Shown one piece after another: positions 13,862 through 26,381 of a stretch of 64,000 nucleotides of DNA; position 1 is the first letter of the stretch; each line of letters begins with the position of its first letter. The translations under genes were made by a program, and so were the position numbers. The notes under the pieces are model-generated. The model ran no database searches. It was not told the DNA's origin and saw nothing but the letters and a program-made list of their open reading frames with translations. Source of the DNA: Vitrella brassicaformis CCMP3155 (taxonomy: Eukaryota > Protista > Chromerida); contig CDMY01000022.1 in assembly GCA_001179505.1 (NCBI GenBank), positions 62,001-126,000 on the forward strand, written 5' to 3'.

Positions 13862-16526
13862 ATGCGCAAGACGAGCATCAGAGGCAACGAGAGGGGCGGA
13901 GGCTCCAAAGGAGGGAGAGGAGGCGACAAGGCCGCCAACAGCAGCAGCAGTGGCCCGAGGAAACCCATTCAAAAGGCAGCAACAAAGGGGAGAGTCGGTG
14001 GGAGAGGCGGCATCAAGGGCCCAATGGCCACCAACAAGAGAGCCAAGCCAAAGCAGAAGCCAAAGCAGAAGCAGAAGCAGAAGCAGAAGCAGCACCAACA
14101 GGCGAACAAGAAGTTGCCATCCCCCTCCACACCCCGTCAACAGCATGAGCAACAGCAGCAGCAGCAGCCCAATAAGGCCACTGATCAAGGGAACCGAGAT
14201 GCGTCGCAATCGTCATCGAGTGGGCCAAAGGGGAGGAGGGTGGTGGGTGTGGGTGTGGCGAAGAGGAAGGCGCGGCCTCGTCCCCCCGACGGTTTGTCCA
14301 AGTCGCAGCAGCGCAAGTGGGTGCTCAAGGAGAGGCTCAAGCGGTTCAAGGGCGACTATGAGTTCGCACACACATGCAATGTAGGCCTCGTGTGGCGGCT
14401 GGGGTGGGGGAGGGGAGGCTCTCATTTGTGTCTGTGTCTGTGTCCATGTGTGTGTGTGTGTGTGTGTGTGTGTTTGTGTGGTTGGTTCAGCTGCTGTATG
14501 CTGGTGTGTTGGGCGCGCACAAGACACACGACAAGGCGCCCGACGAGGTGGCCAAGCTCATGGCCCATATCGACAAAGACATGGAAAAGGTCAACAACAC
14601 GTGTGTCATGACACACGCCACCAGGCCACACGAGTGTGTGTGGTGTTTTGCTGTGTGTGGGATGGTGTTCAGATGACCAACAGCGCCCCCGTGTGGCGGG
14701 CCATCCAGGCCTGCCTCAAGTTTGGCAACCCACAGCAGCAGCGCCAGATCGTCGACAGACTCAAACACAAAGGTAGGTGCAGTGCCCCACAGCACAGCAC
14801 AGCGCAGCACAGCACAGCCCCCACCAACACCAGCAGCAGCGGCATCATCTCTCTCTGTCTGTCTGTCTGTGTCCTTCGACACAGATCAGGTGGTGCGCAT
14901 GTTGGAGGGCAAGCTGGCGCACAAGCTTGTCATGAAGTGCTACTTGTATGGGTCTAAAGAGCAGAAGGCCCACATACTCAAGGGGCTCATGGCGCACCCC
15001 GAACTCTTCTACTCCAAGGTGAGCGGCGGGGTGGGGTGGGGGTGGATGGGGACGTGTGTGTGTCAATCCATCCATCCGTGTGTAAGTGTCTGCCTTGGTT
15101 GTCAGTATGGCGCCACTGTGTGGGAGTATATCTACTGCATGGACCTCTCAAGCAAACAGTAAGTCACCGACACACACACACTCACACCCGGCCGGACACA
15201 CCTCTGTCTGTCTGTCTGTCTGTCTGTCTGTCGGGTTAGGCAGCGTGGGATGCTCTACAAGCTGGTCCTGCCGCGGACGATTGAGCTGAGCCTCCCCTCG
15301 GTGCAGGATGTCCCCTTCGCAAAGCTCTTTGACGCCATCCCGCCAGCCGAAAGGCAGCTCCTCATGGGTAAGTAGCACAGGCAGGCAGGCAACCTTAGTG
15401 TGTCGAGTGTGTGCGTGCGTGTGTGTGTGGTTGATAGATTCGTTGGCTAAGGTGTTTGAGCGGTGTGTGGACAAGGAGCTGCTGGACAAGGTGATCGTGC
15501 ACCACCTGCTGAGACACTTCACCGTGTAGGCAAACCACCGACCCACACACACACACTCACACACACACACACACACACAAGTGTGTGATGATGTGTGTGT
15601 GCTCTGCACCATTTAAGCCACGCGAGTGCCGAGCAGCTGGCGGACTACTACGAGCGGCTGGAGGACGGCTCGCCACACCTGCTCGAGTCGAAGGAGGGCA
15701 CAGAGGTAAGAGAGGTCACACCGCCCCCCCCCCCTCCCCCCCACACACACACATCCATCCATCCATCCCATTGCGCGTCCACAGATGCTGGTGCGTATGG
15801 TGGGTGTGGCGACCGCCAAGCAGAGGAAGAAACTCGTCAAGAGCATCAAAGCCAGAGGGGTCAGTCAGTCTGCTGCACAACATTCGCATGGGAGAGAGAG
15901 AGGGGGGGAGGGAGCAAGTGAATCTCTCTCTCTCTCGCTCTCCCTGTGTGTGTGTGTGTGGTGTCATCTGTGTGTATGCAGATGGCCGAGCTAGCCACCA
16001 ACCAGGCGGACTACCTGCTCATAGCGCGGCTGCTGTCGATCGTATGATAAATAAGCACATCGTGAGTAGTGTGGTCCTGAAGTGCATGTGTGTGTGTGGG
16101 TGTGTGGGTGTTCATTCAGGTGGACGACACTGTGCTGCTCAACACGACCGTCCTAAAGGTGCAGCACACCCACCACCCCATCCATCCACCCACCCACCCC
16201 TGCACGCCTCATGTGTGTCACAATCAGGACATATTCCCCTCACTGTCGCGTGTGTGCTTCGACAAGTACGGCAAGAAGGTCATACTGCAGGTGCTGTGCC
16301 CGCTGAGCCCGCACTACTTCAACGCTCACGAGAGGCTGTTGCTCACGGCCGACGCGCCGGCGAGGTGGGTGGGTCGGTGGGAGGGAACACAACACCCTCA
16401 GAGAGGCAGGGAGGGAGGGAGGGAGGGTTGTGATGATGCATTCGTTAGTATTAGCTCTATCCGACCGGCTCGCTTCTCGCTGGCCGCTGAGCTGAGAGTT
16501 CAAACACTACTGAACGACCTTCCGCG

Positions 16527-16570
<44 letters not shown>

Positions 16571-18150
16571 GAGAGAGGGGGAGAGGCAGCCACAGAGAGA
16601 GGGGGTTGGGTGGCGATCGCTGTGATGAAGCACACGATTACCTCTACCGAAGGGGCCCACTTAGGTCACTGTAGACAACTCGTTTCAGCCTTGGCTGAGC
16701 AAAGGCCACACCACCCCCTCTCCTCCACCCCCACATATAACACATACAAACAAACACACACACACGATGAGTGACTGAATGAATCGACGAAATGACACCC
16801 TCCATCCCTGTCTGTCTGTCTTTCTGTCTGTCTATGTGCGTGTGTGTCTCACACAGTGTCAAGGACCCCCTCCAGCGGCGGAAGGAGCTCCTCCAAGCCC
16901 TCATACCCAGGCTTCATGACGCCATCCTGCACCCACAGCCATCCACAGCCGCAGCCGCAGCCACAACCCCCGAGCAAGCCGAAGAGCAGAAGAAACACAA
17001 GGCAAGCTTAGCTTATCCAGAGGGTTGCCAGGGCAGGGGGAGACCCTCTAATTGTGTCTGTGTTTGTGTTTCTTGTGTGTCTCTCTGTCTGTCTCTCTGT
17101 GTCAGGCGCGGAAGGAGAAAGGTCTGCGGCTGCTCCGTGGACAGGATGAGCATGAGCATGAGAAGGGGAAGGAGGAGGAGGAGGAGGCGGCGGCGGCTGC
17201 CGCTGCCGCTGGTGGTGATGGTGGTGGAGGTGGTGGTGTCCCGTCGCTGCCTTCTCGATCTGTCGATTGGCTCACTCACGCACAGTACGTCCCACCCCCA
17301 CTACCACAGCAGACACACAGACAGACACACAGACACACAGACAGACAGACAGACACACAGAGAGGGGTGCTATGCTATGCTGTGCTATGTGGTGTTATCT
17401 ATCTGTGCAGTGCGCGTGACGTGCTGATCGAGTATCTTCGGCTCACACGGGGTGAGTGGCGTGGTGTGTGGTGTGTTATGGTCGGAGTGTCGTTCGTGAG
17501 CTCACCTGTCTGCCTGTCTGTCTGCCTGCCTCTGTGTGTCAGACGCTGCTGTGGTTCGGAGGATGCTCGACGAGATGCGGCAAGAGGTCAGCGCGTGAAC
17601 GGGTCATAGTGACCCCCCCCCCACCCACCCACACGAGATTGCTCTGTCCCTCCCTCTCGCTCGCCCACTCACTTCAGGCATCCGACAACCCCCACACAGA
17701 CACAATCGGCGACAAGTGAGCAGCCAGATCAGCAACCCACGAGCAAACCCACACGCACACTCCACTCCCCTCCCCGTTGTCCCTCTGTGTGTGTGTGCGT
17801 GTGTGTGCAGGGTGGGCCATTTCACCCTGGTCGCACTGCTGCGCCTCAACGCGTCCCTGAAGCAACGAGCCGACCACCACCAGCAGGAGCAGCATCATGA
17901 GACGCTTTTCAGCCCCGACACAGGCATTGAGGCGGCCGACACAGACGCAATAAACGACTTGCTGCTGGGAGGTGAAAGCGATCATGGTGGCGAGGAGAGT
18001 GGGAGTAGCGGGTCATTTGAGCGCGCTGTGTGGGAGGTGATGGTGCGGCGGGGGGTGGGCCGGGTGCTGGCCACGAGGGGCGTGTTCGTCCTGATCGAGA
18101 TGCTCAGGCAGACACACCTCCCTCCTGACCTTGCACACGAGGTGAGACCA

Positions 18151-18186
<36 letters not shown>

Positions 18187-18455
18187 TGGACCTTGGCACA
18201 TCCATCCATCCATCCATCGGATGTGTGTTGTGTGTTGGCTGGCTGCAGATCCGCCGTGTGGTTGGCCGGGGTGCGCTGGACGAGGCGCGTGCCGCACTCG
18301 ACCAGCGGGGTGAGAGCCGCAAAGGGCTCGACCTGCTGGGGGAGCTCATCGAGGAGAATGACGGCGGCGACAACAAGCAGCAGCACAAGAGGAAGCGGCA
18401 TAATGACAGCAGCTGCAGCGATGAGGGGCGGGGGAAGAAACACAAACTGCCTTGA
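13862..18455 (+). CDS. PUF6: PUF6/PUM3 (CPL-domain) nucleolar Pumilio-family protein, many exons
   Basis: Basic K/Q-rich N-terminus; RAIQACLKFGNPQQQRQIV, AHKLVMKCYLYGSKEQK, YGATVWEYIY, LLESKEGTE, ATAKQRKKLVKSIK, VDDTVLLNTTVLK, CFDKYGKKVILQVLCP, SVKDPLQRRKELL match the Puf6/CPL repeat pattern. GC-AG intron at 17002-17105. Confidence 0.88.
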
Positions 18456-18886
18456 GTGAGCGAGGGAGGGCGGGAGGGTGGGAGGCAGGCGTCGGATGTA
18501 TGGTACCATTCGGTGAGTGAGTGGATCAGTCGGCCAGCTAGAAGGAAGGAGTGGGTCTCTCTCGTCAGTCACACCATTCAACTTAACTAACTTGCACGAG
18601 AGAGACAACGCATCAATGTGCGCAGCTATCAGATCAAACATGCCTTAGTCGGTCGCATCCACACACACACACGCAATCACTCACTCACTCACTACACACA
18701 CGTTCGGTTCGGACGCCCGCAAATAAAGAGAGCCTCAGAGCCACCGAGAGAGACACACAGAGAAAGGTCTACAGAGAGGGAGACCCTCACACAAGGACAT
18801 AGGACAATCCAACACAGTTACACTCTCTCGTGAGCCCCCCACCCCCACCAGCCAAGCCCCCCACCCAACAGACACACAGACGCACA

Positions 18887-21284
18887 TCATCGCTGGCTGT
18901 CCGTCTGATGATTCTCCGAGAATGGTGGCGGCGGCGGGGGCTCGACCACCCCAACCAGCCTGTTGATCTGGTGGAACAGCAGCCGCCCCGCCCCCCCACC
19001 CCCGCTCCCACTCCCACCGTCATGCTCATCTCCCGCCTCACCACTCGCAGTCTGTGAGTGTGACAGCGGAGTGAGGTAGACGGACGTGGCCTGGCTGAGC
19101 GTCCGGGACCGATGCTGCTGCTGCTGCTGCTGGGGGGTGCGGCTGCCGTGGTCGGCGAGGTGCTCGTGGTGGCTCTCGTCGATCTTTTCCAGGCTGATGG
19201 CCTGGAGCTCTGTGTGGTTGCCGGCAGATGACTTGCGCTTCGCCTTTTGACTTGTGGTGCGGATGGGCGAGAAGCCCCCGGCGCTCGAGTTGCTCTCCTC
19301 GTGCTCGAGGGTCAGCGGGGCCAGCGAGCCCCTCTCACTCAGCGACGCGTTGCTGCCGCCCCCCAGCCCGTCGGGTGAGCCCAGCGGGGCACTCGCCACG
19401 CTCCTCGACGCGGGAGGAATTGACATTAGCCGGGGCACCACCGGTCGAGGCCCACCACCCACACAAATGCCTTCCGCCGGGGAGAAGAACGAGGGGTCTT
19501 GCGACAGTCGAAGGCAGAGGTCGGGGTGGCTGGAGCTGTGGTGGACCGCCGGGCCGTCCGACCGCTCTTGCTGTCGTTGCTGCTGTGTGTTGGCGGCATG
19601 CACATGCCCATGCCCCTGGGCGGCGAGGGAGGTCCGCAGCCGCATGGCGGGGGTGCGGCTGGTTTGCCCCGGGAGCCGCCAGGATGATGATCCAGGTGTG
19701 TGTCGGTGTGGGTGTAGGTGTGGCATCGGCAGCACCAGGTGGTTCCGCAGCGATGGGTCTGACCTCGACAGAGGGATGGACGATGACCCAGCCGATGAGC
19801 CCGTGGTGGCAGTGGTCGTGTTGGTAATGGCAGCGGTGTGCTGCCGGTCTCTCTCCCGCGCTGCTGAGGCTGACGAGTGGCGCGTTAGTGAGGGGGGATG
19901 GGCGGTGGTGAGCACCTTTGCGACCTGCCGGCGGTGGTGCTGTTGAAGTGTGTGGCTGTAGGAAGCCAGCGAACGACGGTCACCGCGGGAATCGTCCTGC
20001 GAGATGTGTCAAGCAAGACACACAAGACACACACACACACACACACACACACAGGGGGAGAGAGCCCGCATGTGTGCGTGTGGGTGTGTGGGTGTGTGGG
20101 TGGATTGGATCTTGCCTGTGAGTGCGAATGTGAGTGCGACGAGGCGAACGAGAACCGCAGCTGCGGCGAGGAGCCGCGGTGGGTCAGCAGGGGGGAGAGT
20201 CCCACACTGACACCACTGCTGGCTGGCGTCCCGCTCGCGTGTTTCCTCCTCCGGGCCCATGCCATCGATCGGCTCACGTGCTGCTGGTGCTGGTGGTGCT
20301 GGTGGTGCTGTTGTGGGTGTGGGTGTGGGTGTGGGCGTTGTGTGTCGCGGATCATGCTGGCGAATGAGGAGTAGAGCATGAGATGGCCGCCGCAGTTCTG
20401 ACACTTGGGGGCACACACACGCACCAGGCGGTTCCAGAACTGACCGACCAGGGCACAGACAGACAGACAGACAGACAGACAGAGAGAGAGGGAGGGAGAG
20501 GGATGGAGAGCTCACACCAAGTCTGTGTGTGCGTGTGTGTGTGTATGTGTATGTGTGTGTCTGGGAGGGGGGAGGGGGCAGGTACATTACCTTGTCGAAG
20601 TCCCTGACGTCATAGCAGTGGAACTGGACGGTCCTCGGATATGCCGCAACCTGCACAGACAAACGACCCATTCCCACCCACCCCACACAGCATGACCATG
20701 ACCACACACGCTTCGCTTCCTCCCTCCCCACCCACCCACCGCCCCAGCTCACATCACCTCGATGGTCCGCAAGGTCTCGCTGCTCCGGCCCCCACAGATG
20801 TTCCGAACCGGCCGCTCCCACACGGTCAGCCGGCAGCCCGGCCAGATGTACCTGATTGCAATCCATGCCATGGCATCTATCTCTCCAGTCAGTCAGTCGC
20901 TCATCCCTCACTCACAGTCGTTCGCTGGGCGTGAAGTCCATGTAGGTTCGGTAGGAGAGCAGCTGGCCGCCGCCGCAGGGCGAGTCGAGGATAACCATCC
21001 ACCGCCGGCGCCACACCCCCAGGTAGCGGCTCTTCTTCGCCAGCCACACACCCTTCGGCAAACGAACTATCGAGCTGCTCTGAGGACCTGGTGTACCAGG
21101 TCAACAAACAAACAGACAGACAAACAGACAACACGAACCACACATGCCATGCAGCCGACCGATCTTCTGTCTGTCTGCTTGGATCATTGATGATGTGGCT
21201 GGCTGGCTGACCTTCGTATAGCAGTTCGACGGGGTTGACCTCTGTCCACAGTAGCGACGCATCCGTGCAGATGAACGACGTCAT
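18887..21284 (-). CDS. PH-domain protein with long S/Q/H-rich disordered C-terminus
   Basis: Spliced N-terminus MTSFIC...YEG|PQSSSIVRLPKGVWLAKKSRYLGVWRRRWMVILDSP...|YIWPGCRLTVW...|VAAYPRTVQFHCYDVRDFDK|FWNRLVRVC follows the PH pattern (GWLxKK...WRRRW; C-terminal W helix). Long final exon ~19990-18887. Confidence 0.75.
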
Positions 21285-21578
21285 TTGCGGTCACCACGAT
21301 CTGCTTCTCCAGCTCAGCTCAGCCGCCGACGCTCCTACATCACACAGTTTAGGCGCACGGTGGCCAGCGATCTTCACATCTGCGAGCTCAGAAGGAGAGA
21401 GAGCGAAAGGGAGAAGACAGGAGCTAAGCATATACCCAGCCAACCGACCAGCAGCGAATGTGCAGCTAGCTGCCCATTTCGGTCTGGGGCTTGATTGATC
21501 TCTCCAGCTGTGCTGCACCGAAGAAGCAAAGCATCCATCCTCATCGATTCGTGCTTTGCTGACCCTCTTGAATCCATC

Positions 21579-24555
21579 ATGGCTCTGTTATCTCACTGGC
21601 GCTCGTCAGCCTTTGTCAGGCCGGCCCTCGTTGGCGAGCCTTCTGCAGCAGCATCCCGCGCAGCCTCCTTCAGCCATCGCACACAGCCCCATCCATCGAG
21701 GCGGCCGCCGCCAACACACCTCAACAGCACACGCAGTGATCCACCCACGCCGCCTGTCGATGGCTACGATGTGAATCGTCTGCAGTGGCACTGGAGGAGG
21801 GGGCTGGCGGGCCGGCATCACGATGATGGTTTACGTCGCCTGCCAGTGGATGGACGGTTGTTGCGGTGTGTGCGGAGGAGGGTGCACAGTGCATCGTCAT
21901 CCGGAGCGTCGAATGTGATAGGGGTGTCCAGCCTCGTGGGGCGCACAACCAACCCTATACGGTCCGCCAGGGAGGGAGCAACCGAGGGAGGGAGGGAGGG
22001 ACAGAGGGAGGGAGGGATGCTTGATTCGATTAATAAGTGTGGTTGCTGTGGTTGCTTTGCCTGTGGGCCTGCCTGCCTGCCTGCCTGCCTGTCTGTATGT
22101 GTGCAGTGAGATCGTTGACCGGATGCACACCACTCCCAACCCCAACAAGGAACTGTGAGCTGCCCGCACACACACACACACGCGCACAGACACACACACA
22201 CAGACAAACAAACTTGTGCCTGCCTGCCTGCCTGCCTGCTTGGTTGCTTGGTTGTGTGGCCGGGCGGCGTTGCAGCATCCCCCTGTCCATCGGAGGTATG
22301 GTGCTAGACAGACAGACAGACAGACAGCAAGCACAGCACAGCAGACACCGCGCAGTGCAAGCTTCCTGCCTCCCTCCCTCCCTCCGTGTGTGTGTGTGGT
22401 AGACCCCACTGTCTACGGCAACTTCAAGGCCCCCCAGAGGATACAGCAGAGGTTCACCCAGCTGGTGCAAGACCTCGAGCACAACGGCTACGTCCACTCG
22501 GCCGGCATCCCGGCCGTCCGCGAGACAGTCGCCAAGAAGTTCTCACCGCCACCGCCACTCAGACAGCTGTAAGTGCGTATGTGCGTGAGTGAGGCGCGCT
22601 GCTGCACAAGTGTGTGTGTGTGTGTGTGTGTCTGTGTGTGTGTGTGTCTGTGTGTTTGGATGCAGCACGGCTGAGGATGTGGTGCTGACGTGGGGGTGCA
22701 GTCAGGCGCTGGAGTTCGCCATCAGTGTGCTGGCTGAGCCGCACAAAGACGCCATCATACTGCCCAGACCTGGTAGGGGTGGGTGGGTGGGTGGCAGGCC
22801 AGCCACACAGACAGACAGACAGACACAAGTCGATCTCTCTAACTGTCTGACATATACGTCAAACGTGCCTGTGTTTCCTCTGTCTCTCCTGCCTGGGTCG
22901 GTCCAGGATTCCCTCTATATGCCACTGTGAGGAATCCTTCCATCCATCCACACACACCAGGCACGGGCCCGACTGTCTGCCTGTGCCGTCTTGTGTGTGT
23001 ATGTGTGTGTGAGCAGCTGTGCCGTCAGCGAGAGATCGGCTTCCGCTACTATGACCTGAAGCCTCAGCCTTCGCCCGACGGCACAAGCCTCCTGTGGGCC
23101 ATCGACCAGGACAGCCTGGCGCGGGCCGTCGAGGACGACTCGTCAGGCACGGCGCGGGCGATACTGGTCAACAACCCCGCGAACCCCACCGGCAGCGTCT
23201 TCTCGCGCACGCAGCTCCAACACGTCATCGGTGTCGCCGAGAAATACGACCTGCCCATCGTCGGGGACGAGATTTACGCCAACATGGTCACACAACCACT
23301 GCACGCCATTGACCCGTTGGTTGACTCATTGACTCATTGACGGATGGATGAATGGATGGCTGGGTGGCCCCGTCATGTCATGTCAGGTGTTTGATGGGTG
23401 TGAGTATCACTCGCTGAGTTCGCTGTCGGCGTCGGTGCCGGTGCTGGAGGTGGGCGGCATCGCCAAGCAGTACATGGTGCCGGGCTGGCGCGTCGGGTGG
23501 GCTCTCGTCCACGACAGGGACGGCAAGATGCACCAGGTCAGGGCAGGGGGCTCGACTCACTCGTGGCTGGCTGGCTGGCTGGATGGATGGATGGATGGCT
23601 GGATGGATGGCATGTCTGTGTGTGTGTGGTGTGGGTGCGCAGGTGCGTCGTGGGCTGCACACGCTGGCCACTGTCACCCTGGGGCCGTGCTCCCTCGTGC
23701 AGCCTGTCGTCGAAACGTGACCTAAGCAAACACACCACCCGCGACCGGCCAGCAGTGGTCGATCGGGTCTGCTTGTGTGTGTGTGTGTGTGAGTGGTTGG
23801 CAGGCTGCTGATGGAGACGCCCGAGGATTACTACAAGGAAACCATGGTAGGCACGGCACACACGGAGCACCAGCCGACATACAGAGAGACAGACAGACGG
23901 AAGCAGCCTTCTGTGTCTGTGCTGTTGGTTGTGTGTGCAGCTGCTGCTGGAGGAACATGCCCGCGTCTTCGCGTCTGAACTCAAAGGTCGCCGGCCACTC
24001 ACTCTCGGACACACACACCCACCCCACTGCGCGCGTGTGTGTGTGTGTGTCAGGTGTGCAAGGTTTGGAGGTGGTGTCCCCTCAGGGCGCCATGTACGCC
24101 ATGGTAACCGATTGACTGACGAATGAATGGCCTGGCTGCATGCAGAGACATTCTGCCCTCTCTCTCTGTCTGTCTCTCTTGGTGTGTGCGTGTGTGTGTG
24201 CAGGTGCGTGTCGACTGTGGTCTGCTCGGCTTCGATAGCGATGTCGACTTGAGCAGACAACTGCGTAGGTTGATTACACACACAAACCGCCAGACGAACA
24301 AACCCCTCTGTGTGTGTGTGTGTGTGTGCAGTTGAAGAGGAGTCTGTGTTTGTGTTGCCGGGTCAGTGTTTCGAGAGCCCCGGCTACGTCCGGGTGGTCC
24401 TCTCGCCGCCTCTCGACAAGCTCACGGAAGCAGCCAGGTACACAAACCCACCCACACCACACAATCCATCCATCCATCCAGAGGGGTGTGGTTTTATGGC
24501 TTGTAGGAGGCTGCGTGAGTTTTGTGCTCGTCATCGAGCTGAGCAGAGGGGCTGA
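21579..24555 (+). CDS. TAT: Tyrosine aminotransferase (PLP-dependent class I) with N-terminal extension
   Basis: TTNPIR|EIVD...NKELIPLSIGDPTVYGN, GCSQALE, PRPGFPLYAT, LVNNPANPTGSVFS, IVGDEIYANM, GGIAKQYMVPGWRVGW (PLP lysine), PQGAMYAM, EESVFVLPGQCF. Confidence 0.95.
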
Positions 24556-24935
24556 TGCGTCCGTCCGTCCGTCTGTCGTGTGTGTGTGTGTGTGATGTGT
24601 GCCAGCCAGTGCGTACGAAGGCAGTAGACATCTAGATGGTGCATGCGAAGCAGAGGGGTGTCCCATGTGACCTACCTGAATTAATTAACTGACCTGTCCA
24701 TTGGTGCACTCCCTCCCTCCCTCCCTCCCCCCCCTCTCTCCTTCAGGTCACGTCACCTACCGACGCCCCTATCGACCCACACAGACAGACAGACAGACAG
24801 GCGGGACGGATGCCTCAGCCAGCCAGCCAGCCAGGCCGCTCCAAGCCGCCTAGCTAGACCCACCACCAACCATCCCATGTCGATGGCATGGCATGCAGCC
24901 AAGCCAGCCATCTCAAGAACTGAATAGTGAGTCGG

Positions 24936-26124
24936 TCAGTAGAGGACGCCCAGGTACTTGGCGCGTGTGTATCTGTGGGTGAGAGCCTCCCAGCTGACGA
25001 TAAACTCGTCGGCCAGGGGGTACAGCAGCCGCCCACTCAGCGACAGACTCTTGACGCGGCAGAAGCTCTCGACAAACACCAGCTTCTTACGGTGGTAGCA
25101 CACCAGCTGCACACACACACACACGCACACACACAAGTGGAAGTGTGGGCTGGTGTGGTGTGCAGGCCTCTGCCTCACCCAGCCCCCCGGCCGCCCACCT
25201 CGTGGAGCAGGGCAGCACAGCACACGGGGATGCAGGTGCCAGGACCGTTGACCAACACCTGACACACGGAGGGATGGACGGATGGATGAGCGTCATTCAG
25301 TGACCCGTTGATTCGTTCGTTCCTTACCAGGTCAGGTGGGTCGTCAAAGACCATCCTCACACTCGCCCAGAGGCTCACCAAAGACGTCCAGCCGCTGCTC
25401 AGCCACCTGCACCAACACACACACACACACACACATTCGACGCACGATATAAGGAACCAGATCAAATGACAGCAGAGCAGAGGACCGCCAGTCTGTGGTT
25501 CTTACGGCTGCCCAACCTCCCGGCTCCTTGGTATGACCCGGAAGGAGAACAGACGCTCGATGTCCTCCTCCTGCCGTCCATCCATCCATCCATCCACCCG
25601 CACAGCGGCCGGCCGGCCTGCCTGCCTGACTAAGTGGGTGAGTGATTGCTATCTGACTCACGGGCAAGTGTCGTGTCCTGTGGATGAGTTTGCCAAGCTT
25701 CTGCTTGCTGGTGTGATCGGTCTCGGCCATGACGAACGTGATGCGGTACACGTCGAACCGCCACTGGTGCACCAGCTGCAGCATCTCCATCGTGTGACCC
25801 CCTGCATGCAGCAATCACATCAACCAACCGTGGCACTCACTGCAGGATGCCGTCGGTTGCCCGGCCCGGCCGACCTGATCCGAGCACAACCATGGTCTTG
25901 ACGATTCTCTTGCCGTCGTCGCACACGCGGCCGACGGGCGGGGAGGCGTCTGAGCTGCCCCGGGCCAACCTCTTGAAGAGCCATGTGACCGCCCGCAGGC
26001 AAATCGCCAACAAGACGACGAGGGCGAGGTTGGCGACGACTAACAGAGGGAGAGAGTAGCTGCTGCTCACGCTGCCGGTGCTGCTGCTGCCGCTGGAAGT
26101 GCTCGGAAGGTGTGGATCTTCCAT
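24936..26124 (-). CDS. ALG14: UDP-N-acetylglucosamine transferase subunit ALG14
   Basis: N-terminal TM; TMVVLGSGGHTMEM, IPRSREVGQPW, PDLVLVNGPGTCIPV, VFVESFCRVKSLSLSGRLLYPLADEFIVSWE, KYLGVLY*. Confidence 0.95.
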
Positions 26125-26381
26125 GGTCACGGCAGATCATTGCAGTGCCTGAATCGGGGAGCGAGCAAACAGCGCGGCATTAAGCACATGAGTTGATTGT
26201 TTCCATTCCTCGCGCGAGCTCACAATCGTCTGCGAGCTCAGCCCTCCCTCAGGAAAGATCCTGTTGAGAACAATTGGTTGAGAAACCAAATAGGCTATAG
26301 CCGAGGTTATACCTCTGCGGGCCGACACATCATTTCCCCAGGCAACAGGAGAGGAGGCGGCCTCGGGCCTCAACGTAGCCG

